Of a DNA stretch of 64,000 nucleotides, positions 9,478-18,055 are shown piece after piece. A model generated the notes under the pieces. That model worked only from the letters and a program-made list of their open reading frames with translations, was not told where the DNA came from and did no database searches. The stretch lies in the IMG/VR virus record IMGVR_UViG_3300040781_000091, positions 10,179 through 74,178 of that record; one strand, written 5' to 3'. The DNA is from a virus. The translations under genes were made by a program, and so were the position numbers. The stretch's first letter is position 1. Every line of letters starts with the position of its first letter.

Positions 9478-10821
9478 TTACTTGATTTTGCTAGAGTGAT
9501 CTGCTTCTTCTTTATCTTCGCGCAATTCTACAAAGCGAGGCAAAAACAAGCTATCTACGCCCTGGCGAGATTTGTCCTTGCTTGCAATTCGTTCATTGTA
9601 CAACACAGTTACTATACGACCCATCCATTCTTGGATATTTGCAGTAATCTCATCTCGCAATTCGTCGCTGAATCCACTAATACTAACTTCTAGCATACGA
9701 TCAGATGATGCACACACAAGAGAGCCCATTTTATTCTCGTTTTTAGTACCAGGGGTGCCTGGGTTCCAGCCGATTACTTCTAGGTCACAATCATTTTCGG
9801 CCTTCATTTTTACAAGGTGCTGACTACGCTTATCTTCCCAAGGACTGGTTATGTTCTTGAGCATAATTCCCTCTTCGCCAGCAGCAAGTGCTTCTTCGTA
9901 ATGCGCCAGGGCCTCGTCGAGGGATTGCACTATTCTCCACTCTATGAGATGGTACATATCACTTTTCGGAGCATCGTTAATTACTGTCTGTAAATTAGCA
10001 AAACGGGTTTTGTACGGAGTACTATCTTTAAATTCGAAGAATGCATCGTAATCAATCATATCCCAAATACGCATACGGACCCGGGATGCTTCTGCTTTAC
10101 TAATTGTTCCCCTTACTGCTTTGTTAAGGATTCCGTTTCCTTTTTTGCGGGACATAACCGAGCCATCAGTTTCGAGAACAACAAGCTCACCGTCGAAGAC
10201 AACACTCGATCCCACCGTGTTCCCAAGAGCAATAAAGTCGACATCAAAACAGTCGTACAAATCAACCAACTTACCAGAGCGGCCCCGTATAGTGATACTC
10301 TCCCCATTTCCATCGTTTGCTTGATAAATGACATTAACACGCATCCCATCGGCCTTAAGTTGACTGTAAGCAGGCCATTGTATTTTTTGAATAGTTTTGT
10401 CGTCGTACCCCTTTCCTAGCAAGCACGGATAGGTAGGAACTAATCCTTTCCATACTTTATTTACCGTGGATTCTTGTACCCCACATCGCAGATCTTTTTT
10501 AATAATGCGCTCTGCAACAACAGCGGAGTCCGGGTCCATATTCGATAGTAGTTCGGTGAGAAGTTTGATTGCGGCATTGCCGGTGACTTTGCGTTCGGAG
10601 AATTGGTCTAGGTGAGAGATGAACCACGCAACGTCTTTGGTGCCGGTTGCAGTGTATTCTGGAATTTTTCTAATATAAAACTGAATGAACGGGCTGAGTG
10701 CGTGATAGATTGCATCCTGCAACTGTGTATTAGTTGCATTGTCCTTTAGGATTTCAATCTTGTCATTACGGCCGGAAGTATTTTCCAGCAAGTTCATTAC
10801 ACTATATACTTCGCAAGTCAT
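9478..10821 (-). CDS. ATP-dependent DNA ligase (T4 gp30-like)
   Basis: QLKADGMR, VFDGEL, GEEGIMLK, KMK, LFLPRF. Confidence 0.95.
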   Translation of the reverse strand: MTCEVYSVMNLLENTSGRNDKIEILKDNATNTQLQDAIYHALSPFIQFYIRKIPEYTATGTKDVAWFISHLDQFSERKVTGNAAIKLLTELLSNMDPDSAVVAERIIKKDLRCGVQESTVNKVWKGLVPTYPCLLGKGYDDKTIQKIQWPAYSQLKADGMRVNVIYQANDGNGESITIRGRSGKLVDLYDCFDVDFIALGNTVGSSVVFDGELVVLETDGSVMSRKKGNGILNKAVRGTISKAEASRVRMRIWDMIDYDAFFEFKDSTPYKTRFANLQTVINDAPKSDMYHLIEWRIVQSLDEALAHYEEALAAGEEGIMLKNITSPWEDKRSQHLVKMKAENDCDLEVIGWNPGTPGTKNENKMGSLVCASSDRMLEVSISGFSDELRDEITANIQEWMGRIVTVLYNERIASKDKSRQGVDSLFLPRFVELREDKEEADHSSKIK

Positions 10822-11092
10822 CCCAATTGTCCTTTATGTGTATAACTCGTTTAAGACGTTCTAACACCATATCATCGACGGAAAGAACACCAAATCCCTC
10901 ACTTTCACAAACATAGTATACATCCATTCTATTAATAATGCTACCTTTTCCTGACAGAAAATTTTCTTCGGCAACTTGCTTGATGTATACCGTTCCTTTT
11001 TCCGGCACGAGCGGCCGCGGACTAGGAGCACAATATCCGCCCCCACCATCACCATCTAGTTTACAATTTATAAACTTCGGAATTCTTTTCAT
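10802..11092 (-). CDS. Hypothetical protein
   Basis: ORF overlapping both neighbours in the operon. Confidence 0.55.
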   Translation of the reverse strand: MKRIPKFINCKLDGDGGGGYCAPSPRPLVPEKGTVYIKQVAEENFLSGKGSIINRMDVYYVCESEGFGVLSVDDMVLERLKRVIHIKDNWDDLRSI

Positions 11093-11444
11093 ATGGGCAT
11101 TGCATGTTGTTTTTTTGCAGACATTCGTAATACTGTAAATCTTTGTTTTCTAACCATTCCCACCCTGACACAGAAAATAGATAACCATTACAGTCTCGAC
11201 ACATTACCTTCACTTCGTCGTCATATGCCGGCTCTACATCCTTGGCCCAATCCAACTGCTCGACATCAGGATACAGTATCTTAATCATAGTTGCATCTTC
11301 GTCGGTTACTTGATAATACTTTGCATCACGTATGCCCCACTCTTTATGGGGAGACACTGATCTATACTTACGGTCTTCCATGTAATTATGGAAATTCCTG
11401 TGTTCCAGTTTTACGACAGGTGCCCGGTATCCTAATAATTTCAT
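11061..11444 (-). CDS. Hypothetical protein with CxxC
   Basis: TDEDATMIKILY and CRDC motifs. Confidence 0.6.
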   Translation of the reverse strand: MKLLGYRAPVVKLEHRNFHNYMEDRKYRSVSPHKEWGIRDAKYYQVTDEDATMIKILYPDVEQLDWAKDVEPAYDDEVKVMCRDCNGYLFSVSGWEWLENKDLQYYECLQKNNMQCPYEKNSEVYKL

Positions 11445-11728
11445 TAGTGTATTACCCTCGCAATTTCGTATCCGAGATCAGCAAACAACTCTGAATTCTG
11501 TTCATATATCTCTAGGGCCTGCATCAACGATTCGTTATCGTCTGGGTCAAACTCAGGAAGAATAATAACCCGAACAATATCATATCCTGCAAACACATCG
11601 TCAAAAATTTCAGATCGACTGTGTTGTGATCCCCGAGGAACAAAGACAGCAATAAAATCATCAAAGCTAATTTTGTCGTCTGCGGGTATAAGGACACAGT
11701 TTTCATCAAAAGTAATTATATCGTTCAT
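11444..11728 (-). CDS. Hypothetical acidic protein
   Basis: Start/stop overlaps with ftsH and the next gene. Confidence 0.6.
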   Translation of the reverse strand: MNDIITFDENCVLIPADDKISFDDFIAVFVPRGSQHSRSEIFDDVFAGYDIVRVIILPEFDPDDNESLMQALEIYEQNSELFADLGYEIARVIH

Positions 11729-13506
11729 TTCTCATCCATAATCTGCGAAATAATATCTTCGCCGATTGTTTCGTGTTCAATTAGTGCTGCGGCCATGGCG
11801 TCTAATTTGTCACGATTAGCCTCTAGTATTCTCGTCGCTTGCTTGTAATTTTTCTCCAAAATTTCAGCAATTTGTGACTCGACTTGACCCAAGGTTATAC
11901 TTGATAGCACACTAGATCCTACTTTATCTAATTTACTAAAATTCATGACACCTAGTTCGCTGAATCCCCATTCGGTTACCATCTTACGCGCAATCTCAGT
12001 TGCCCTAGCAATATCACTGCTCGCGCCGGTGGTAACTTTATTAGAACCATACTTCAGCTCTTCTGCAATGCGCCCTCCGAACAAGGAGCAGATAGAACTG
12101 TTTAGATATTCGAGGCTATGACTGTAGCGTTCCTCTTCTGGTAAAAATTGCGTCACACCCAGGGCGCGGCCCCGGGGAATGATACTGACCTTGTAAACAG
12201 GATCATGGTCCGGTGAGAGCCTACCGACGATAGCATGACCGGCTTCGTGGTAAGCAGTTTGCTCTAGATCTAGTGGCTTCATTTCCTTAGGACTTTCAGC
12301 ACCCATCATTACCTTATCCTTAGACCTTTCTAAATCGGATATAGTAACCTCTGACCGCTGTTCACGTGCAACAAAAATTGCAGCTTCGTTGATTAGCTTT
12401 TTAAGTTCGGCGCCGGAGAAGCCGGGTGTTCCTTTTGCAATTTGCTGCACATCTACAAGGCTAACATCTCGGTTAATTTTCTGAAGGTGTAAATTGAGAA
12501 TCTTTTCTCTGGCCTGTACGTCTGGTAGGCTAATATTAATAATACGATCAAATCTACCAGGACGCATCAATGCAGGATCAAGTACATCGGGTCGGTTAGT
12601 TGCAGCAATTACCAACACCCCATGATCATCTTCGAATCCATCCATCTCTACAAGGAGCTGGTTAAGAGTTTGATCTTGTTCGCGTCCAGAGCCGCTAGCA
12701 GCATCTCCGCGAGATCTTCCTAGGGCATCGATCTCGTCGATAAAAATGATAGAAGGTGCTACCGACTTGGCCTGGGTGAATAAGCTACGCACCCTGCCGG
12801 CACCTACACCCACAAACATCTCAACAAATTCAGACCCAGATACTTCAAAAAACGGAACGCCGGCTTCGCCTGCAATTGCTCTTGCTAGTAGTGTCTTACC
12901 GGTTCCCGGCTCTCCGGCTAATAGTATTCCTTTAGGAAATTCTGCTTTTGCTTTACGGTAGTCCTCGGGTCTTTTTAGAAAGTCAATTACTTCCTTTGCT
13001 TCGTCGTGTTCGCCGGGGTTTGAAATTACATCGCTAAGGCGTGTTTTATTCTTCTCTGGGTCAATTAAACGGGCTTTTGTCTTTCCGAAGCTAAGAATGC
13101 CGTCGCCGTTTTTCTTACCTAACCGGACAATAAAGAACACTAGTATAAGCACAGGAATTACACCGAACATTAGCATCCCGAACCAACCAATTGGCTGTGG
13201 CGGCAGTTCTGCATTTACTAATGCACCGTGAGAAATCGCCTTGTCTACTATATACGCAGGGTCGCCTGCAGACACGGTACGGTATAATTCGGAGTTACCT
13301 TTTAGAGTATAAACAATTGTCCGTTCGTCTGACTCGATGTCAATTTCGTCAACCAACTGAACATTAGTAACGAGGTGCGAATAAGGAGAATTGTTGTAGT
13401 CCGGGCCGAAGAACAATGGTTTGATAATAAACAACCAAGCTAGGCCGCCGATGGCACATAACCAAACTATACCCACAAGGCCATTGCGTGTTTTTGATTC
13501 ACTCAT
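11725..13506 (-). CDS. ftsH: ATP-dependent zinc metalloprotease FtsH
   Basis: Two TM helices, [16 protein letters not shown] pore loop, [34 protein letters not shown]. Confidence 0.97.
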   Translation of the reverse strand: MSESKTRNGLVGIVWLCAIGGLAWLFIIKPLFFGPDYNNSPYSHLVTNVQLVDEIDIESDERTIVYTLKGNSELYRTVSAGDPAYIVDKAISHGALVNAELPPQPIGWFGMLMFGVIPVLILVFFIVRLGKKNGDGILSFGKTKARLIDPEKNKTRLSDVISNPGEHDEAKEVIDFLKRPEDYRKAKAEFPKGILLAGEPGTGKTLLARAIAGEAGVPFFEVSGSEFVEMFVGVGAGRVRSLFTQAKSVAPSIIFIDEIDALGRSRGDAASGSGREQDQTLNQLLVEMDGFEDDHGVLVIAATNRPDVLDPALMRPGRFDRIINISLPDVQAREKILNLHLQKINRDVSLVDVQQIAKGTPGFSGAELKKLINEAAIFVAREQRSEVTISDLERSKDKVMMGAESPKEMKPLDLEQTAYHEAGHAIVGRLSPDHDPVYKVSIIPRGRALGVTQFLPEEERYSHSLEYLNSSICSLFGGRIAEELKYGSNKVTTGASSDIARATEIARKMVTEWGFSELGVMNFSKLDKVGSSVLSSITLGQVESQIAEILEKNYKQATRILEANRDKLDAMAAALIEHETIGEDIISQIMDEK

Positions 13507-13507
13507 A

Positions 13508-13717
13508 CTATACCTTCCAGGTTATGCTCGACGTAAGTAACGTGTCGATTTCTTTATTGACAACTCTGTCGATGTCTTCAACAGTAGCAGTCTGATATGC
13601 TCGGGGATAGTGTATCTCGCAATATGCGGTTCGTATTACAGTGGGGAGTCTACATTCGCATTCTAGGTGGTCGATCCACTGACAGGTCTTGGGGATAAAT
13701 TCGATTTGATTATTCAT
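13508..13717 (-). CDS. Small Cys/His protein (resembles GcrA C-terminal motif)
   Basis: CQW...C..P....YCEIH..RAY. Confidence 0.5.
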   Translation of the reverse strand: MNNQIEFIPKTCQWIDHLECECRLPTVIRTAYCEIHYPRAYQTATVEDIDRVVNKEIDTLLTSSITWKV

Positions 13718-13744
13718 ACAACCTCCGTTTTGTTTTATTATACA

Positions 13745-14098
13745 CTAAAACAGGTCGATGTCAAGATCATCCTCTGTTAACAGCTCGATTATGACATATT
13801 CATAATCGTGCTCTAAACATACATCAATTATATCCATTAAATCATAATCTATCTCGGTAGTGGCGTGCCAATAAACCTTGAGGGGATCGTTTGCAAATCC
13901 GGATAATACTTCTTTCGAATTTTGTAAATATTCATCAAATGATCGACATTGATTATCGTCGAATACACCGATTGCAGAACGAAGAATATCTTGCTGCTGT
14001 ATTAATTTAATTTTTCTTATTAGCACACCGTCTGGGCCGACGATATTATATTCTGTTCCGAGACTGTTTAAATTTTTTGTCCGCATATTATTATCCAA
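13745..14098 (-). CDS. Hypothetical protein
   Basis: 117-aa ORF in the operon. Confidence 0.55.
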   Translation of the reverse strand: MDNNMRTKNLNSLGTEYNIVGPDGVLIRKIKLIQQQDILRSAIGVFDDNQCRSFDEYLQNSKEVLSGFANDPLKVYWHATTEIDYDLMDIIDVCLEHDYEYVIIELLTEDDLDIDLF

Positions 14099-14878
14099 TC
14101 AATCTTCCATTTTCAAGTGTGCTTTTGCTTCTGCGATCCACTTTGTAACTTCGTCGTAGTTCTTGATAATTTCTTCTGGTTCGAATTTTTTGGTCGGTTT
14201 AGATTTAATAAAATCAAAGTTTGGTAATACTTCTTTATAATCATCTAATCCCATTTGCTCAAAAAGTACTCCGTAGTTGTCTTTGAAGTCTTCGTAATAA
14301 ACAACCGAATGATTTACCCAGTTGTAATAATCTCGCATGTCTTTTAGAAAGAATACTTTTTGATCGATAAAGTCTTTCTTAATTTCGATTGCAGTCCATG
14401 TAAACTCTTCCTCATCTTTACCGAAGTTAAAATTTCTACGATTTGCATCGTGGTGCCACTTATTAGTTTTCGATGCTACAACATGCGACACAACTTGTGC
14501 AAGCATATCGCGGCGCTCAATAAACCCAAAATAGTATCCATTTCTTGCAAGATACTGCATTGTTGCAATGGGCGAAGAACGATAGATAATCTTATTTAGG
14601 TAATACTTTCCCTTCTTCGCCTGGCGATCAATTAATTCTAGGCGACTTGCAATTTCGGCATTAGGTTCGATTTCTTTTTTAATACCCTCTTGTGCAAGTA
14701 GTTCGCCGTGTTTAATCTTTGCCTTAATAAACCCTTTTGTATTTTTTAGTGTCGTGGTACATAAGAATTCGTAGTATGGTGCTCGACTATAATTATATTT
14801 ATTTACTAGATATTCTTCCATTAGCTGGCTCGCAAGGAAAGATCCTGAGCGAGGCAGACAACATAATGCATACTTCAT
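14099..14878 (-). CDS. Sulfotransferase-family (Stf0-like) protein
   Basis: N-terminal PRSGS PAPS-binding loop, RRDMLAQVVS...W, VYYED. Confidence 0.7.
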   Translation of the reverse strand: MKYALCCLPRSGSFLASQLMEEYLVNKYNYSRAPYYEFLCTTTLKNTKGFIKAKIKHGELLAQEGIKKEIEPNAEIASRLELIDRQAKKGKYYLNKIIYRSSPIATMQYLARNGYYFGFIERRDMLAQVVSHVVASKTNKWHHDANRRNFNFGKDEEEFTWTAIEIKKDFIDQKVFFLKDMRDYYNWVNHSVVYYEDFKDNYGVLFEQMGLDDYKEVLPNFDFIKSKPTKKFEPEEIIKNYDEVTKWIAEAKAHLKMED

Positions 14879-14912
14879 TTATACTACCTGTGTTGTGTTT
14901 GTGTTTAGTATA

Positions 14913-15200
14913 TTAAGTGTTTTTGGCTTGACGGGCTGCTCGGCGAGCGGCTCTTGCTGCCTTTTGCTCGTCAGTAAGCCCTGCTTCGCGACGGGCCCGG
15001 CGGGCTGCTCTTTTTTCTTCTGGTGTTGCATCTGGATTCTCGATATTAAACCTAACTCGTTCCAACAGTTGCTTAGGAGCGCCGACTCCTCGTCTTACTG
15101 TACCATCGCAGGTTGCGGCGTGTGCGTCGCGCCTTGCTTCAATTAAAAAAGATGCGGCGCAAGCAGGGCAGTCGAATATTTCTGTAAATCTTTGTGGCAT
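14913..15200 (-). CDS. Small basic Zn-finger late protein
   Basis: CPAC..H...C then Arg/Ala-rich repeats; AGGAG RBS; GATAAATA at 15232-15239. Confidence 0.65.
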   Translation of the reverse strand: MPQRFTEIFDCPACAASFLIEARRDAHAATCDGTVRRGVGAPKQLLERVRFNIENPDATPEEKRAARRARREAGLTDEQKAARAARRAARQAKNT

Positions 15201-15244
15201 GATAAAAACTCCTAAAATTATAGTTATATCGTATTTATCGTTAT

Positions 15245-15535
15245 TTAGACATCATAATACGATATTGTAAAATCATTCTCTACGGTAGCACACACACTAG
15301 ACAATCTTGTTAGTTCTACAGCGTCAGTCCAACCCGGTGGCCCTTCTTGCCACGATACCTGGGCATCTGCATAATACTGACCCTGTGTTAAGACAGCTCG
15401 CTTATCTAATACTCTAATACCGTTTGGATCGTATCCCTCTTTCTTTGCTATCTCTCTCAGCTGGAATGCTAGATTCTGAGCTGCGTGATAAGATGCTTGC
15501 TCTTTGCAGGCTTCCCAGTGTGCTTTAGTTCTCAT
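15245..15535 (-). CDS. Hypothetical protein
   Basis: GAGGGAG RBS, 96 aa. Confidence 0.6.
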   Translation of the reverse strand: MRTKAHWEACKEQASYHAAQNLAFQLREIAKKEGYDPNGIRVLDKRAVLTQGQYYADAQVSWQEGPPGWTDAVELTRLSSVCATVENDFTISYYDV

Positions 15536-15575
15536 TATTACTCCCTCTGATTATATGTATACGGAAGTTTGCGTA

Positions 15576-16109
15576 TCAATTTAATCTACTATTTACTACA
15601 TTCCAGTCTATAATCTTCCAGATCTCATTTAAATATGTCTCTTTATCTGGTCCGTAATCTAAATAATAAGAGTGTTCCCACATATCGACAATCAGAGCAA
15701 CATTTTCTGTAATCTGATGATTCGGTATCGTTTTAATCTTGCCAGCAGTGTCCATATAACACCACCCAGAGCCCTTTATATCCATAGCTTCTGTGATGAA
15801 GCTATGCTTAAAATGCATAAATCCGTTATGTGCTGCGTTAATTAGATCTTTAGATTTTCCATGCGGGGTGTTATTCATCCGTTCGGGAAATAATTGCTCG
15901 AAGAATAAACGGTGTAGTTCTTCACCTGCTACTGCAAACGTATTAGATTCGTCTTCTTGTGCCTTTTCTATATAATTTTTATATAGGATATTATAGTGGT
16001 AATCTAAATTTTTATTGCTCAGTACAGAGTTGTCGGATTCTAATATCCGAAGAATAGGCACCGCTTCTGTTTGCTGTGTGGCGTACTTAATAAAATCGTA
16101 GTTTGGCAT
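15576..16109 (-). CDS. sod: Fe/Mn superoxide dismutase
   Basis: DYH, LHRLFF, GSGW and DMWEHSYYLDY; all four metal ligands apparent. Confidence 0.9.
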   Translation of the reverse strand: MPNYDFIKYATQQTEAVPILRILESDNSVLSNKNLDYHYNILYKNYIEKAQEDESNTFAVAGEELHRLFFEQLFPERMNNTPHGKSKDLINAAHNGFMHFKHSFITEAMDIKGSGWCYMDTAGKIKTIPNHQITENVALIVDMWEHSYYLDYGPDKETYLNEIWKIIDWNVVNSRLN

Positions 16110-16113
16110 AGTG

Positions 16114-16431
16114 TTAGTATTTATCCGGTAACCACTGAGCTGCTTTTGCGCCCCATGTCGACAATTTAAACTTTAGCAAATCTTCGTCTGCTAAAAAGTA
16201 AAAGAATATTTGTGAACCAATACCTTCGTTCTGTTCCTTTATTATGATTTCGCTTTCTAGCTGGTCCATCATCCAATAACGACATTCACTAAATTCTGCT
16301 GGTTGTATGCCCCTTGGATTGTACCTGCCTAACCACGATATATATACCTTGGTGTAGTCATCTAAATTATACCAACGTGCAATTTGTTTATCGTTCTTAT
16401 AAATTTCGTGGTAGAACCTAATAATAGCCAT
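16114..16431 (-). CDS. Hypothetical protein (F..E.D..FKL motif)
   Basis: YFLADEDLLKFKLSTW. Confidence 0.6.
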   Translation of the reverse strand: MAIIRFYHEIYKNDKQIARWYNLDDYTKVYISWLGRYNPRGIQPAEFSECRYWMMDQLESEIIIKEQNEGIGSQIFFYFLADEDLLKFKLSTWGAKAAQWLPDKY

Positions 16432-16825
16432 TTTCGGAATCTTGACCTCGTAGCTTGCGAAGTATTTTTAACTGTTTGTCTTTTTTTTCCCGGCGCAATC
16501 TTTTTTTGACCTGGTACCATAGTATATGTCGATCTAATATCCGAAATAATGGAATTATGTCTTCTTTTCCAGATTCGTACCGACTTAAAAATCGGGGACC
16601 ATTTCCTATCCACAGACAAACTGTATTCGGACCTTCAAAATCCCATAACCCTTCCTCGAACATACGCTGAACCACTGCATAAGAATATTCGACATCGTCG
16701 GGGATGGGCCTTACTTCTCTAGTCTCTATCCACATAGTGAATTCTGCTCGGCGCCACCATATAGTATCGTCATTGAGCTGGTCATACAGTATTTTATTCT
16801 CGTCTGTTAGCAGACAACGGAACAT
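16418..16825 (-). CDS. Hypothetical protein
   Basis: Operon position; ends ILRKLRGQ. Confidence 0.6.
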   Translation of the reverse strand: MFRCLLTDENKILYDQLNDDTIWWRRAEFTMWIETREVRPIPDDVEYSYAVVQRMFEEGLWDFEGPNTVCLWIGNGPRFLSRYESGKEDIIPLFRILDRHILWYQVKKRLRREKKDKQLKILRKLRGQDSENGYY

Positions 16826-16826
16826 A

Positions 16827-17153
16827 CTATATCTTTTCGTATGTTACTTGGAGGGGGTATCCAGAAGTTCTTGCGAGTCTAATAGCTTCTTCGGTTTTTT
16901 CTTCTGCAATCTCTCTAGTATATATTCCAGCAATGCCTCTTCCTTTGTGGTGTATCGAGAGTGTTATTTCCGCGGCTTCTTCTAGGTCCTTATGAAATAC
17001 CATTTGCAATAATGTAATAACAAAATCTACAGTAGTCTTGTCATCGTTGTGAAGTACTACTCGGAACATATTGGGTTCCTGAGTTTTCTGTTTTTCTTTT
17101 TCTTTTTCTATGGACGAAATCTTTTCTAAGATGTCGAAATCTGTAGTTGCCAT
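16827..17153 (-). CDS. clpS: Clp protease adaptor ClpS
   Basis: FRVVLHNDDKTTVDFV, IHHKGRGIAGIYTREIAEEK, YPL. Confidence 0.95.
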   Translation of the reverse strand: MATTDFDILEKISSIEKEKEKQKTQEPNMFRVVLHNDDKTTVDFVITLLQMVFHKDLEEAAEITLSIHHKGRGIAGIYTREIAEEKTEEAIRLARTSGYPLQVTYEKI

Positions 17154-17174
17154 CTAACTCTCCGATTTAGAAGC

Positions 17175-17231
17175 CCCCGATAAGAAGCGCAAGTATTTTT
17201 TAATTATACGATCTTATCGGGGTCTAGTCAA
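17175..17231 (-). promoter_or_regulatory. sigma70 promoter for clpS overlapping an 11-bp inverted repeat (possible hsp20 terminator)
   Basis: TTGACT-17-TATAAT at 17203-17231; CCCCGATAAGA / TCTTATCGGGG arms at 17175-17185 and 17212-17222. Confidence 0.7.
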
Positions 17232-17243
17232 CTAAAATTAAAC

Positions 17244-17711
17244 TTAACTATTACCTAATGAAGGTGTACTGTTAATTTCGATTAACTTAGGCTTGGCAGC
17301 CTCGGGGATCTCTTGTTCGAGAACAATAGTTAAGATACCGTCTTCGAGCTCTGCGCCAGTAACTTCCATATATTCAGCAAGAGTCCAGCTTAACTTAAAG
17401 GAGCGCTCTGAAATTCCCTTGTGGTGGTATTTGAGTTCTGTTCCTTCTGGCGGTGGCGTCTTCTTGCCGGAGATGGTAAGTTTACCCTGATGTTGTTCAA
17501 TTTCAATTTCGGATTTTTTAAACCCTGCAACTGCAATCTCCAGAGAAATTACGCCGTCTTGATTTTTAACGACATTATACGGAGGATAGTTTGAAGTACT
17601 AGCATTGGTCCAGCGATTTTCGATATCGTGGAAGATATTATCATATCCTAATGCTACGCGGTTTAAGTTATCGAATAAATTTGAGATGTTAGAGGTTCTA
17701 ATGCTTGTCAT
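17244..17711 (-). CDS. Small heat-shock protein (Hsp20/IbpA-like)
   Basis: YPPYNVV, IAVAGF, YHHKGISERSF, AELEDGILTI. Confidence 0.95.
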   Translation of the reverse strand: MTSIRTSNISNLFDNLNRVALGYDNIFHDIENRWTNASTSNYPPYNVVKNQDGVISLEIAVAGFKKSEIEIEQHQGKLTISGKKTPPPEGTELKYHHKGISERSFKLSWTLAEYMEVTGAELEDGILTIVLEQEIPEAAKPKLIEINSTPSLGNS

Positions 17712-17716
17712 GATAG

Positions 17717-17778
17717 ACTCCTTATATTAAGCAAGTTTATTTAAATTATGTAGGACCTGCCCTTGCAGCATCCTACAC
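17717..17778 (-). promoter_or_regulatory. ROSE-like RNA thermometer in the hsp20 5' UTR
   Basis: mRNA ACUUGCUUA-AUA-UAAGGAGU pairs the SD with a bulged G; upstream UGUAGGA..UCCUACA hairpin; GATAAATA at 17782-17789. Confidence 0.65.
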
Positions 17779-17821
17779 GTTTATTTATCATCGTAGTCGT
17801 TAAGTACTACTGAAATGTGGC

Positions 17822-18055
17822 TTACGCCTGGGTCGGCGCGTTCATTTGCTCTAGCTTCTTGAGCCAACGCTTGCGCGCCATTTTCTTCTTTCGTTGCTTC
17901 TTCTCGGAAGGTGGCTCATAATACATGCGATCTCTTACTTCTTTTAAGATGCCTGCTTCTTGAACCTTTTTTCCGAATAGTCTAAGTGCTTTGTTAAAGT
18001 CACGATCAACTGTAACTGACAAACCAGATGGTCTGCTATTATGCCGTCTTGCCAT
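17822..18055 (-). CDS. rpsU: 30S ribosomal protein bS21
   Basis: FNKALRLFGKKVQEAGILKEVRDRMYYEPPSEKKQRKK. Confidence 0.9.
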   Translation of the reverse strand: MARRHNSRPSGLSVTVDRDFNKALRLFGKKVQEAGILKEVRDRMYYEPPSEKKQRKKKMARKRWLKKLEQMNAPTQA

